Part shown: positions 34,560 to 47,600 of the stretch, piece by piece
Layout of the letters: each line of letters starts with the position of its first letter
Numbering within the stretch: the first letter of the stretch is position 1
Notes under the pieces: generated by a model
Told to the model about the DNA's origin: nothing
Database searches by the model: none
What the model saw: the letters and a program-made list of their open reading frames with translations, nothing else
From: Azolla caroliniana
Lineage: Eukaryota; Plantae; Polypodiophyta
Reading direction: 5' to 3'
Length of the DNA stretch: 64,000 nucleotides
Assembly: GCA_043228905.1 (NCBI GenBank)
Contig: JBHGNT010000010.1
Coordinates: 14,880,001 to 14,944,000, forward strand
Translations under genes and position numbers: made by a program

Positions 34560-34562
34560 TCC
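34499..34562 (-). promoter_or_regulatory. Predicted -1 ribosomal frameshift signal: slippery G_GAU_UUU plus H-type pseudoknot
   Basis: G GAT TTT TAA at the gag-pro end; stem 1 cggactgttgc/gtgatagtccg; loop gtgggg pairs with downstream ccccac. Confidence 0.75.
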
Positions 34563-36592
34563 ATTCTCACTTGGGACAAGAGTTCCCTCTTGTTCCTTTC
34601 GTGATTTGCCGGCACCGTTAGGAATTGGACGGATTTCCCTCCGTTTTGGCTCCGAATTCGCGCAAAAGCCGCACCACTATCGAGCACCTTCGTCTCCATC
34701 CGTGAAGCCGTGATAAAGGGTTGGCCGAGGATGACAAAATGTGAAACCTCATCCTGCACAAAGAAATTTTGGTCAATTTCGACATCCCCGATCTTTACCG
34801 TCACATCCGGACAAGCCGCAAATAGGTCTTCTGTCGTTTTCGTGGCTGCCCGAATCTTCCATCCATGGTTGGTGTTTATAGGCCACTTCCCCTTTCGGTA
34901 GAACTCCTTGGACATCAAGTTGATCTCCGATCCGTGATCAATCAATGCTAGCACGGGTTCTTTGATGTTGCCGATTCGGACCGGAGTCTCCGTAGTCGCA
35001 CGTGCCCAGTGTGGCCTTGTATAGTGGGAGTTCGGAATTTCGCCTTCCACTTCGGTGTCGTTCATTGAAACGGTATTTGCATTCACCCTTGGAGCATTTT
35101 CCTCCGTACTTTGTCTCTTCCTTTTCACGAGATCCATGAGAAGATCGTGAAACTCCTTCTTCGCTATTCCGAGTAGTTCCCGCAGCGAAAAATCTACCCG
35201 GCTATCCAAGATTCTTTCCTCGAACACTCTTTTCAAGTCGGTTTGTTGTTCTATGTCCGAGGCGAGCTTGAATGCCGGAGTCGCCTTTTCTTTTCCCTTA
35301 CCTCCGGAATTCCAGCTTTCCGGTATCTTCGATGGTCCAGCCGCATCCTCCGTGCGCCGTCGTTTCTTGTCCACATACACCTCATGTAATTGACACAGGG
35401 CGTATATGCTATTCTTGTCGACAGGGCACTCCCATCCCGTAGCTTCCCGGACGCCTTCCGCGGTGTTTCGGATATCGTTGGAGTCGGTTTTCTCGGTGTT
35501 TCCTAGCACCTCCGGCCAGAAAGACGCCTTCGCTCCCGTTGACTCCCCGACACATATTCCCGCGGTTGTCGCATAGTTGCTTCTTGCCGCTAACTCCTCC
35601 TCGAGCACCTTCTTCATGCCGCCTTTCCGGAAGTTCGGTCGGAGTGGCTTCCGAGAGTCCATCGAATGAATCCGGTTTCCCTCGTAGTAGATGAGATCCC
35701 GTCGTAGCGCCTCCTTATGGTCGTCGCAATCCCTCCGATCGTGTTCGGCGCTATCGCACCATATGCACCGTCGATCCGTATATTTGGAGCTTGTGGGGCG
35801 ATCATCCGACTTCTTCACCATCGCGATCTTTAGATTCTCCATCTCCTTCAGCAGCTGCTCCATCGTAGACGTGTCGACTCCCTTCTCGGCCGTAATCTCC
35901 CGAGCCCTCGGTTGATGGTCTTCCAGTCCCGTTCTCGGTTTCGGAATCGGTTCCGAAACCCTCTTTTCTTCGTTGGCAAGCCATTGCCCCCTCTTCGTGT
36001 ACCGCACGACGATATCCCGCACGCTTTCCCATGTTTCGGTGAGGCCGCTTTCGGTGGTCGTGTCCTCAAGAAGCACTCCGAGATCTTTCCGGTCCCGGAC
36101 GTCCACAGCTCGCAAAAACATGATGACTTTGTCCGGTGCAAGAATAGTTTGATCTCTCGCGGACAACCTCCCGAACCGACTTTCGAATGTCGAAAACACT
36201 TCGAGGACCTTCAGCCCCTTACCTGACGTTTCCACCCAATCCTCGAATCCCCTCCGCGTTGCCTTGGAGGAGTCCTCGATGGCAAACGTGGTCTTTAACG
36301 CCTCTTCGAATGCTTCCCACGTCGGATTTTGTTGTTGCAACCCGTGGATACTCCCTTGAAGCCCGTCGGTCGCCACCCGGTTAAAGGATGTCACTTGCAG
36401 TCCTTCCGAAGCCCGGCACCGGAGCATCTCCGCCTTGTAGTCCTGCAAATATCGCGACACATCCTTACCATTAAATTGCCCGTTGCGTTGCACGAGCCGC
36501 TCTACTGATGCCGAAATCTCCGACATCGTGCGTTGTTCTTGAAGCATCCGTTCGAACATCGCCATCATATTGTTAGCTTGTTGAGCCTCCAT
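34553..36592 (-). CDS. gag-pro: GyC Gag-protease (679 aa from the first ATG after the PBS)
   Basis: Capsid-like N-terminus, CIWCDSAEHDRRDC knuckle, protease LIDHGSEINL and VILGQPF; ends MDF-TAA. Confidence 0.9.
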   Translation of the reverse strand: MEAQQANNMMAMFERMLQEQRTMSEISASVERLVQRNGQFNGKDVSRYLQDYKAEMLRCRASEGLQVTSFNRVATDGLQGSIHGLQQQNPTWEAFEEALKTTFAIEDSSKATRRGFEDWVETSGKGLKVLEVFSTFESRFGRLSARDQTILAPDKVIMFLRAVDVRDRKDLGVLLEDTTTESGLTETWESVRDIVVRYTKRGQWLANEEKRVSEPIPKPRTGLEDHQPRAREITAEKGVDTSTMEQLLKEMENLKIAMVKKSDDRPTSSKYTDRRCIWCDSAEHDRRDCDDHKEALRRDLIYYEGNRIHSMDSRKPLRPNFRKGGMKKVLEEELAARSNYATTAGICVGESTGAKASFWPEVLGNTEKTDSNDIRNTAEGVREATGWECPVDKNSIYALCQLHEVYVDKKRRRTEDAAGPSKIPESWNSGGKGKEKATPAFKLASDIEQQTDLKRVFEERILDSRVDFSLRELLGIAKKEFHDLLMDLVKRKRQSTEENAPRVNANTVSMNDTEVEGEIPNSHYTRPHWARATTETPVRIGNIKEPVLALIDHGSEINLMSKEFYRKGKWPINTNHGWKIRAATKTTEDLFAACPDVTVKIGDVEIDQNFFVQDEVSHFVILGQPFITASRMETKVLDSGAAFARIRSQNGGKSVQFLTVPANHERNKRELLSQVRMDF

Positions 36593-38612
36593 CTCCTTGC
36601 CACCCGTCTTCACGTCGGGTTCACCAACTGTGTCGTGCCTTTCGGCTCCGGATCGTTGCGTGAGTCGGGTGGGAACCACAGAGGTCTTGGACTAGGAGAA
36701 AGAAGTTCGTGAGATAGAGATTAATTATGAATAAATAGCGAAGAGAAAGATAAGAAAAATCGTGAATCACACGAGTATACTATATTGATTGGTACTTAGG
36801 GTGTTAAGAGAGAAGTAGATGTATAAATCGTGAATCCCACGAATAAATTTTGTATTGATTAATACTTAATCCAAATAATCAACAACAACTACAATGTGCT
36901 CCCCATCCTTATATAGTGATGGGAGAGACTAAGCATAGCTACATGCTTTTTCTCATATGTTCATGCACACTAAATGTGCATGTGATGCTTTTTAATAAAG
37001 GTATGCATAAATAAAGGTCTTATACATATTAAATCTATATTTAAAACACTTAAGATAATTTAATGTAATGGTAAGGTTGGGGTTTGTCAACGTGGAGGTG
37101 CAGAGTTCGAATCACGCCTTGCGCAGTAGGGAGTATTTCCTTTCTTTTTACATTTATGTCTCTTTATCCGGCTCTTCCTTGCCGGTATGCCGTTTTCCTC
37201 CTTGCCGGTATGCCGTTTTTCCTCCTTGCCGGTATGCCGTTTTCCTCCGGTTCTCACCGAGCACTCCATTCTCTATCCGGAGGGACAAAAATATAATTTC
37301 CACATAGTGTGCAACCTACACTACGACAACGTATTTTTAAATTGGGAGGTACTATACGGGTATTAATACGTTAAATACGTATGGTATCCGTACCGTACCT
37401 AACAACCTTGCGTAACACCCTTTCTATTTCCATGCTCAACCGGTAACCGGTATGCTTCGTTCTGTCCAGTACGCCAAAATTACCGGCGTCGTTCTTTTTC
37501 GGCCTGTATTGCATCTCATACCGTTTTGAGTGTCCGGCTCCTCTTGCCTTCCCCACTCACTTGTCCTCCACCAAAACTTCGTAGTTCTGGCACGTGGCCT
37601 CCATGAAACCGGTCTTCTCTTCAACCGGATCGTCCCATCCCATGAACTCCTGGACCTGCTTCTCCGCTTCCTCCTTCCTTAGCCGCACTCCAGAGACGCC
37701 TTCTAGTACCAATGACTAGAATCTAGAGTCATCACTTCCGACCCGGATCCCAACTGACGCCGAATAGTGGATGGCTTTGGAGTACCGCGTCCCGGCCTTT
37801 TCCATCAATTGCTTCATTCCGCCGCGCCCGATATTCAACTCCATGGCTTTCCGGATTTCGCTCTCGTGCACCCGTCCATTCCAGAGGTACACTACATTGC
37901 TTCTGAGTGCCTCCATAAACTCCGTGCAATATCTTCTGTTGTGGCGGACCGCGTACCACATGCATCGTTGTCTGGACAGAGGCCTCCGGTTGCGCTTCTA
38001 TTCTCCACTCTCTCTCCTAGCTTGTGTGATCTGGAGATCGCGTACCATCTGCAGTAGCTCTTCTAGAGCCGCTCCCCTGGATGGGCCTTTAAGCACGCCG
38101 GTCTGGGCCGTGCTCGACTCAAGCCAACTTCGAGTCTCTTCCTTTGGCGCCGGCAACAACTCCACAAACTTCCTTGTCGCCGCCAGTCCTATAGTCGACG
38201 GGCCCTCTTTTCTCCACTCACACCGTTTTTATCCCTTTTTATCACGGCCCAGTCGGTCATGAGCCCATCGTCCGTCTCTAATAGGGGATCCACCTTCTCC
38301 CGATCCTACGTGTCCACGAACTTGATGAACAATAGGACACGGCTTGTGTCGAGCACATTCTTGTCCAACACTGAGAGACGAGCAAACCGTTTCTTGACCT
38401 CCTAGAGGAGCACCGATGTGTTCCTCCCCTTTCCGGGCCTTTCGACCCATTCCATATATTCCCGTGTCGATAACCGAAGCGAGTCATCGAACCCGTACCT
38501 CTCGAGGAGCCTCCCTTAGAACCTCCCCCAAGTTTGGCAACCAGCCTGCATTTCAAGCACCTCCGCATGGATGCTCGGTGTCACTACCCGAAGGAATCCG
38601 AACATTCTTCTG

Positions 38613-41600
38613 TGTTACACGGCCGGCAAAAGAGCTAAGGACGCCAAGACCAGGGTGTGAAAAGGGGAATTGTTATTTGGGAATCTATTGTAATTACTAG
38701 TCTTAATATATTAATATATGAGAAGATGTGGACGGACGGACCGGAATCGGTGTGCCGATCCAGATCCGGACCGATCCCAAATAGGTGCCGGTTGGCACCG
38801 TTTTGTACTTCGCACTGGTGACCTATATAAAGGCCCGGTTACAATGTAGTCATCAATAGAGAGTAATATAAACCTTTTGTTAATCATTGAGTATTGTTCA
38901 CCATTCTGTGCTTATTGTATATCTTACGTGTGTTAATGACGTATTGCTAAGTAACCAATTAAGGTCTAATTAAGCCTTGTGTCATAAGTTATCTCGCCGT
39001 AACACCTTTCAGTGAAGTGTCCTAAGTGGACACCCTGTGTTGGGTTGTTGTCCGGCCCTAAGGATTAACACAGTTTTTGGCGACCACGATTCTTGCACAA
39101 TCGTAGTGAACAGCGGCGGGAATGGATGACTAGGCCAACGGACGACCCGGTTACGGAGAGTGCAAGAAGACTTGCTGAACGGCGAAGGCGGCGAGAGGCT
39201 TTCTAGCAAGCGGCAGAAGAAATCCGATCGGATCAATCATTTTCCAAAGTTATCCGGAAAGTGGCGGAGGAGTCGCTCCGTCTGCAACAAACCACCTACC
39301 CGGACGAAGGAAGCAACTTAAGCAATCTCCGGGAAGCAGAATCCCTTCTCCAGGCCTTGACCGGAGGAGACGGCGAATCCGAAGCATTTTCGGCGCTGGA
39401 ATCGCATTCGGAAGGGGGTTACAGCGTGCACACGAACTATCGCAGTAGTAACCACACCCTAGGAGGACCGGAGGACGAGGAGTCGGATACATTACCGACA
39501 CTGGAACCAGAATTGTCCAACCGGGAACCTTCGGAGAAAGAAGAGGACAAAGAAAGACCTCCGACACCGAAAGTGGAGGAGGAGAAGTCGGCAACACTGA
39601 AGGAGGAGGAACACAGACCTCTGACACCGACAGAGGACCGGCAAAGACCTCTGACTCCGGTAGAGGACCAGCAACGACCTCCGACGCCAACAGAAGAGCA
39701 GGAAAAATCACCGACACTGCTAGCCCGTGTCCCAACATTTGACGACGATATGTCGTTCCAGTACCCCAAGTATAGGGATGACCCGGACGCGGAGGCTCAT
39801 GTTCACGCTTTCCAACAAACATGGGAGGCGAACCATGTGTCACAACGGTTAACCGTAGCCGAAGAGGAATGATCTAAGATAGCCGAATTCGGCGTGACAT
39901 TGGAAGGACCGGCCGCCAGATGGCACCGACGCAGGACCCCAGCACCCTCACCACCTTTGCGGACCTGAAAGCTAAATTCTTGCACTTCTTTCAGAAGGAG
40001 GTGGACTAGAGAGAAATGGTAGGCCTATTTTATACCATCTGCCAAGACCCTAGGGAGAGCATTCCGCAATTTGTCATCTGGTTACAACAGATGCACAGTC
40101 AGCTTACCCGAACACCTCCGGAGGAAGAAACACGGGCTATATTCTTAGCCGCGCTCCGGGAATCTCTACGTACGGTATACACGGTCATCGACCGGGTTAG
40201 AGAAATGGATAAAACAAGCTCTTGGCTAACAATGGGAGCACTCCAACGAGCGTTACCAACCGATGAGGATCTCCGGTTTCGATAGGCCATTCAATGCACA
40301 ACATGCCTAAATGCCGGACACTCGGCACTAGAATGTACCACGGAGTACCAAGCTGGAGGAAGAAGAACGTTGGAGGCAAGAAGAGCGATACCGACCGGCA
40401 CACAGGATGTCCGGTACAGGGACAACTATGACCGGTATGATAGATATGATTGGTACCAGGATTATAATGGACGGTATGAAAGATACAATCAGGACCAATC
40501 CCCCAATTACAACCAACCATGGGAAGCCTACGGCAGACATGATGAGCAACCCCGTCAAGAGTATCGGAACAAAAAGAAACGCCATTTCAAGAAAAGGGGT
40601 CACCTACGGGAACCGGAGAAGGGCGCCTCAAGCAGCCAACCAGATCAAAGCCCCGTCGTTACCAAAGGTCCTCCACCGGGGGCAGGAAACAACGCCGAAT
40701 ACAGCACTACCCGGAAAGCATATTGCTACTATTGCCGACAAGAAGGACATTATAGTAATCAATGCCTGGCAAAGAGCTATGATAAACGACCGGCGGTAAA
40801 CATGGTAGTCGCCAAAGTCGCAGACCTACAACAGGTAACCACAAGATCGAAGGGTAAGGCGACGGAATGGGAGGTGCAAGAGGCCATCTGCAAGCAGGCA
40901 ACGGAATGGGTAAAAAAAGGCGAATGCGCGAAACATGGCAAAGCTTGCGCAGCAAAAGGAAAATACCGAAGAGATCGCCGACGAAAGCCAGCCCGAAAAT
41001 GTGACATGGCAGGCATTGCAGGAATGCCAAATCACGTTGATATTAGGACGGCTCCTGCAGCTAGTGCCCAGATTCACAGAAGGACTCAAGGCAGGCATGA
41101 CGGTAGGAGAAACACCACCGGACCCAACATTCTTCTCAAATCCGGAGGAGGAACCGGCGGTAGTAGACACAAATAGTTCGGCGATCACAACCATCGTGAA
41201 GGGAAAGGAGTTACCCGGAACAATAATACATGGAGGATCCGGTGTCAATGGGATTAGCCTCCGAACGTGCAAAACCTTGGGAATCCAAGAGTGGGAACCA
41301 TGCCCGTTTTGGCTGCGGATAGCGGATAAAAGCTCAGTGCGACCGACCGGCTTGATACGAAATTTGGAAGTAAGGATCGGCGCCCACACATTTCGCATCT
41401 CGGCAGTAGTGCTACAAATACAGGCACAAGAAGCTTACCCACTATTGTTGAGGCGGCCGTGGTTGAAAACGGCACACATTAAACAAAACTGGAGGAAGAA
41501 TATAATCACCTTCGGGCTGGGAAAAGAAAAAGTACGGGTACCGACACAACCACGGACGGATACCGGGAAGGAATTGACACCCCTTCATGCCGAATGTGTG

Positions 41601-44600
41601 AATATGTTGGACGGATTAGCAGACGAAGAGGTAGATCAATACTTGCAGGATAATCCGAAGATCGTACCTCTGTTCGAAATCGACGTAGCCGAAGTCGTAT
41701 CACCATACATACTGCCACCAGACGGAGCCGACGAGGAACCAAATGAAAACTAGAGGAGGTAAATCTAGGAACTACGGAAGAGGCGAGACCGGTGCACATC
41801 GCCAAGGAAATGACTCCGGCGAACAAAACGGCGATGATTACACTTCTCAAAGAATTTCGAGACATGTCTTACGAGGATATGTGAGGGCTCGATCCTCAGC
41901 TATATCAGCATCAGATACATTTGAACAAAGACGCCAAACCGGTAGCACAGCGGTGGTACCGGATGAATCCAAATTACACCGCCAAAGTCAAGGAGGAAAT
42001 CAACAAGTTGCTGAGGGTTGGCTTTATCCGCCCAATAAAGAAATGTACATGGCTTTATCATACCAAAGAAAAACGGCAAAATTAGAGTTTGTGTCAACTA
42101 CCGTAAGCTTAATGTGGCGACGGTAACAGATGCATTCCCACTCCCATTTACGGATGGAGTTTTGGACGCAGTCGCCGGCCATAGGGTATACAGTTTCTTA
42201 GACGGATTCAGTGGATAAAACCAAATCCAGATGCACCCCGATGACCAGGAGAAAACAGCTTTCGTCACCGAATGGGGAGTGTTTGTTGCCGTAGTAATGA
42301 TGTTCGGACTAAAAACGGCGCCGGCAACATTCTAGAGGATCATCATGGAAATATTCGGAGAATTCTTACCAGCATTCATGCAAGTGTTTCTGGATGACTT
42401 CGCCGTCTATAGCCGGGAAGGAGATCACTTTAAGCAACTCCGACTGTGTCTAGAGAAATGTCGGGCTTACCGGCTAAGCTGGAACCCGGCAAAATGTGTA
42501 TTCGGAGTGTCAAGCGGGGCGCTATTAGGACACATTGTGAGCAAGGAAGGAATTGTCGTGGACCCGGACAAAGTAAAAGCAATCTTGGAGGCACCGGCAC
42601 CAACAACGGCCAAAGCATTAAGCCGTTTCCTAGGCCAAATCCGGTGGCATAGCCAAATGCTTCAATATCTGGCGGACCTAGCTACACCACTGCATGTTGC
42701 GGTACACCGAACACAAGGCGTATCGGGCACTCAAAGTACTATTGTCGCAAGCGCCGGTAGTGTAGCCCCAGATTGGGCTAAGGAGTTTCATGTGTTCGTG
42801 GATGCGTCCGACATTGCAATCGGAAGTGCGTTGATGCAACTTACGGAGCCTAGGTAGTACCGGCCCGTATATTACACAAGCCGAAAGTTATCCCAAGCCG
42901 AACGAAATCATTCCACCACGGAAAGGGAAGCTTTGGGCATGATCTACAGCGTGACAAAATTCAGACATTATTTGTTGGGAAGGAAATTTTCCTTCCACGT
43001 AGATCATTCGGCACTCCTCTATTTTGTTTCCAAAGCGTCACTAACCGGTAAGTTGGCACGGTGGACGTTGCTGTTATAGGAATTTGAGTTCGAAATATTC
43101 CATCGACCCGGCATACAACACGCGGTTAGATTCCGGCGATACTGGTGACGGAGTCCCGGACGAGTTTCCGGATGCTGAGCTATTTCGAGTCATCGCGGAA
43201 ACGGCAACAGATGAAACGGTGGCACAAGAAGATAAGTGGCTAACAAATATGCAACAATTTCTGAGCACTGGATTGCGTCCGGAGGAGATGAACCGGGACG
43301 AGAGGAAACGCCTGGCGGTACAAAGCCGGCACTTCTGTTTATTACGGGACACGCTATACCACAAAGGCGCGGACGGTATATGGCAACGGGCGGTGCGCAT
43401 CGACGAGAAGGATATAATACTACAAGAAGCACACTGCGGAGTCCCCAGAGGCCATTATGCCGGAGATGCTACGGCAAGGAAGATATGGTAGAGTGGTCTA
43501 TGGTGGTCGAAAACATTGAAAGACGCAGTCCGATAGACTAAAGAATGTGATCTATGTCAGCGAATGGGCCAGCCAACCAAACAAGCTAGGATGCCGCACC
43601 AGCCAGTACTGCCGTTAGAACCATTTCAGAGATGGGGGTTGTATTTTGTGGGTCCATTCAAACCACCAGCAATGAGAACCGGCAACCGGTATGTGATCGT
43701 AGCTACGGATTACTCCACGAAATGGGTAGAAGCCAAAGCCTTGCGCGATAACACCGCGGCATCGACGGCAAAATTCTTGTATGAATACATCTGGTGCAGG
43801 TATGGATGCCCGATCGAGCTAATAAGTGACCAAGGAGGACACTTCCTCGAACAAGTGGTGGAAAGCTTGACGTCGTTCTATGCCGTGGTGTATAAACGGA
43901 GCACGCCATACTATCCGCAAGCAAACGGATTAGCCGAGTCGACGAACAAAACGTTACAGAATATCCTTCGAGAAATCGTCAACGAAAACCAGACAGACTG
44001 GATACGAAGTTGCACAGCGCACTCTGGGCTTACCGGACAGCCTACAAAACAAGCATCCAAACCACACCGTTTCGGCTAGCATTCGGATTGGAGGCCATCA
44101 TGCCGGTAGAGTTCCAGGTCCCGAGCTTACGGATTCAGATTAGGGAACAGTTAAACGAGAAGGAATCAGACGCAATTCGGTTAGCAGCTCTGCGTGAACT
44201 AGAAGAACACCGATTAGCGAGTATCATGCACCTGGAACTGGAGCAGCAACGAAGAAAGGCATTTGTGGATCGCCACCGAAAAGGAAATGAAAAGATGTTT
44301 GGAATCGGCAAGCCGGTACTAGTGTTCCAGATCCGGATGGGAAAGATGTCGGGGAAAGTACGGTTTCGGTGGACCGGACCGTACTGGATCACACGCGAGT
44401 TCAATGGATCCTCCAGTTAGGGACAGTCGCCGGTGAGGTTCTGGGTAAGTGGGTCAACGGGTTTCGACTAAAGCCGTACGAAGGACCCATGCCCAAGAAC
44501 CCATTTGAACAAAAGGTCGACACCAAAGCAGATGTTGGCAAGCCAACCGATACATCGACCTGGGTTGAAAACGGCAGCCACAAAGCCGGTAAGGAGGAGC

Positions 44601-47600
44601 ACGAAACGGCAACCGGGGAGAACAAAATGACGACAAACCGTCAAGAGGTCGGCAAGGTGCACGCTCCGGTTAAGAATCCGGTAGGACAAGAGACAAATTA
44701 ACCCAATAGCGTTATTTAAAATCAATCAATCAATCAATCAATCAAATCAAATCAAAGTTAATCATGCAAGGGCGAGATATGCACAGACATGCAAACGAGG
44801 AGTGAACAGGCACTTCCAAAAGGTACATAGTGGGCTATGAATAAGGCATTAAACCGCCGCCACATGGCACCTATTGCTATTATAGTACACAACCTGCACA
44901 CGTGTAGGCTCGAAAAAGGCGCCCCCCGCATCGAAACCTTCTTCTTTTGCGAACCAAGGAGCACAAACGCACATAGGTGCTTGAAGATCATCAGAAGAGA
45001 GCCCACGCACAGAGAGCCTCTTCACACAGAGCTTCCTCATACACAGGACTCACCAACGTTGTCTGACCTCGACGCAAACATGGACTGCCAGACTCTCTCT
45101 GAGGCCGCCAAGAATTGGCTATGACAACACGGATTGGAGGGGTTCCTCACAATCATGGACGCACCACCACACACAGAAGCCGACAAGATCATCAAAGAAA
45201 TTGACACCGAGCTTATCACGGAGGAAGCAATCCGTGCACTAACAGGCCTTCCAGAGGGGGGCATCTATACTATTGACAACCCTACCTCCGAACGGCTCAT
45301 CAAATACTTGGGCGAGTATTCTCTAGCCAGCAAGGTCTACAGGACACAGGGCGGAGAAGATATGTTATTCCGAGAAATTGCCTGTGTACTCCATGAGTTC
45401 GGCCACGTATACCCTCGACCCCTCGTTATGCCTCAGAACCGAGCAGGCTTGATCATCGCAACATACGAAGGGGTCAAGGTGGATTGGCCGGTGTTGATCG
45501 CCGACGGATTGTGTGCGGCTATTGACACCGTAAGAGATAAGGAAGCCAAAGAAGGCCGGAAAATATGGCATGCGGTGGCACAATGGCTCACCCTATTGGC
45601 GCCACCTGTCGAGCCCGTCCAGACAAAGAAGCGGGGAAGAGTAACGGACGGCACCCCGAAAGCTGCTTCAAAACGACAACAGTTGTTGGCCACCAAGACC
45701 ACTAAGGGGAAGACAACCGACACGGAGCAGGCGGCGAAGGAACGCGCCATCCGGAAGCAGCCGACGGACATGCAGGAGGAGACACCGGCACGGCCCCTGA
45801 AGAGCACACTCCGCCGACTAGTACAGCAAGAAACAGACACCCTGGCGGCAAGAATGAATGCCGAGACTCAGGAGGAGGAAAGGGAGGAAGAACCTACAGA
45901 GCACCTCCAACGCGGCCCACGATGAGCACCGCAGAATCAGCAGGGAAGCGTTCAGACCCACAGAAGGATGGAACGCCTTTACCCCACACTGAGAATCCCA
46001 CGCCAAGGGAGGAACCGGAACCGGTTTGGATGGAACCGGTCTCAGAAGCCCCTGCACAATAGGCAATACTAGCGGGTCAGGAAACGCCAACCCCTGAAAC
46101 ACAAGAGCCGGTAAGGCATGTGCCACCTTCCTTAGCCAGCCAAGAACAAACAGAAAAAGAGCGGCCAGCCGAAACATAACCGGAACCTGAACGGCAAAGG
46201 GGTGAGCAGGTAGAGCCGGAATTGTAGCTCGACGCAGTTAGGCGGGACTGGCCACTTGCAAGTGAACCCATCAACCAACCCTCCGTGCCGACGCAACAAC
46301 AAGGTACCGGCAGCTAATGGCTCCGATGAATAGGAGAGGAGGTTGCCAGAGTGATATTGTATGTAGAGACTGAAGAACGAGCGCAGATGGAACAGTTGCT
46401 AGTCACAACCGATGAACTAGAGACGGCCCGGTCAAGGATCCGGTGCCTTGAACAAGACTTGGATCAGGTCACAGAAGACATGGCCAAAATGGCCTTAACC
46501 GCAACACAGATCCAAGCACTAGTGACTGCGGTGGATGTACAGAATAAAGAAACAACCACGCCTGTACATATGAATAAGACCCTAGAGACAGAAACCGTCC
46601 CGGAGAAAGATGCGGCGCAAGCCCAAGAGCTTGCCGAATTAAGGGACGAACTTGCGGCACAAGAAGCACTACGGAGCCGCGAAAAATTGCTGCAGGAGAA
46701 GGACAAGCTACGACGGATGGCAGAAACGGAAATCGAAAGGCTGAAAGAAGAACTCCGTCAACAAAAGGACCGGGAAGACCGCGCTCGCTGGCAAATCAAC
46801 CAGAGGCTGAAGCAGAAGACAGAGCACTTCGACCACCTGCACCGGAACTTGAAGACCTTGGACATGGAGCATAAGCAACAACAGGAAAGGATGGCCGAGC
46901 TCCGGCAGGAAGTTGATAGGGCCACGACGACATTCATCGACGAACGGGCTGAGAATACAAAGCTATTGGAGGAAGCGGCGAGGAACCGGATGGAGCTCCA
47001 CAAGCAACACCATGAAGAAAAGGAGAGGGCGACAATGGTGTTACAAAGGTTGCAAACAACCTATCAAAGTCAATTGTCGCATTATAGGGAGCAGGAGGCG
47101 GACACGGTCAGAATCATCAAGCAATTGAAAGAGGAGCGACAAGCCACGGAGAACAAATCACAGATGGGAATGGAACGGATCTAGTGCATCCTTCGGGCAT
47201 GGCTAAACAAGACCAAACACTTGATTGACGAGAGCTCCGTGTGATGGTGGATGAAATGGGCGCAAAATACGGCTGAACTCCAGTTGCTCAGGGCAGACGC
47301 CGAAAACCGGCGGAAGGAAGGTGACGACTGTTCCATGCTTACATTGGAGGACTTCACCACCATAAAGGATGAGCTGGCAGAAGATTTCACAGCTCTGGCG
47401 GATGAGCAATTGGTGAAGTTCTGGCAACTCATAGCTCAAATGGACGACAATCGAATGGATGCTCAAATCCAGTTTGAGAGCTATGAGCGGTCCCGGCTTA
47501 GGGAAGAAAAAGCAAGGTAGGCGGCAACGGTCAACCTCAGTGATGAGGAACCACCACCGGTACAAGGACCAGACGGGGACCAAGCTGGGGTAAGTCAACC

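Larger units (their letters stand above)
30243..37328 (-). mobile_element. GyC: young, nearly intact Ty3/gypsy LTR retrotransposon without a chromodomain
   Basis: LTRs 36631-37328 and 30243-30963; Trp PBS 36609-36626; PPT ~30964-30975; 4-bp TSD ACGT (30239-30242 / 37329-37332); intact gag-pro and a long pol ORF. Confidence 0.97.
29488..37410. mobile_element. Non-autonomous hAT-type DNA transposon (~830 bp without the GyC insert)
   Basis: Perfect 8-bp TSD CGTAACAC (29480-29487 / 37411-37418); imperfect TIRs CATGGTTGTT and AACAACCTTG; subterminal TACGTA/CGTATT motif clusters; AT-rich and non-coding. Confidence 0.85.
14544..37424 (+). mobile_element. GyX1: degenerate Ty3/gypsy with gag-pol plus an extra 3' ORF; hosts Cop1, the hAT element and GyC
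   Basis: 5' LTR 14544-14948 (TGTTA...TAACA); PBS TGGCGACCAC 14956-14965; Gag with three CCHC-type knuckles; RT FLDD; RNase H; integrase WGLDFVG; partial 3' LTR 29130-29487 plus 37411-37424. Confidence 0.9.
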
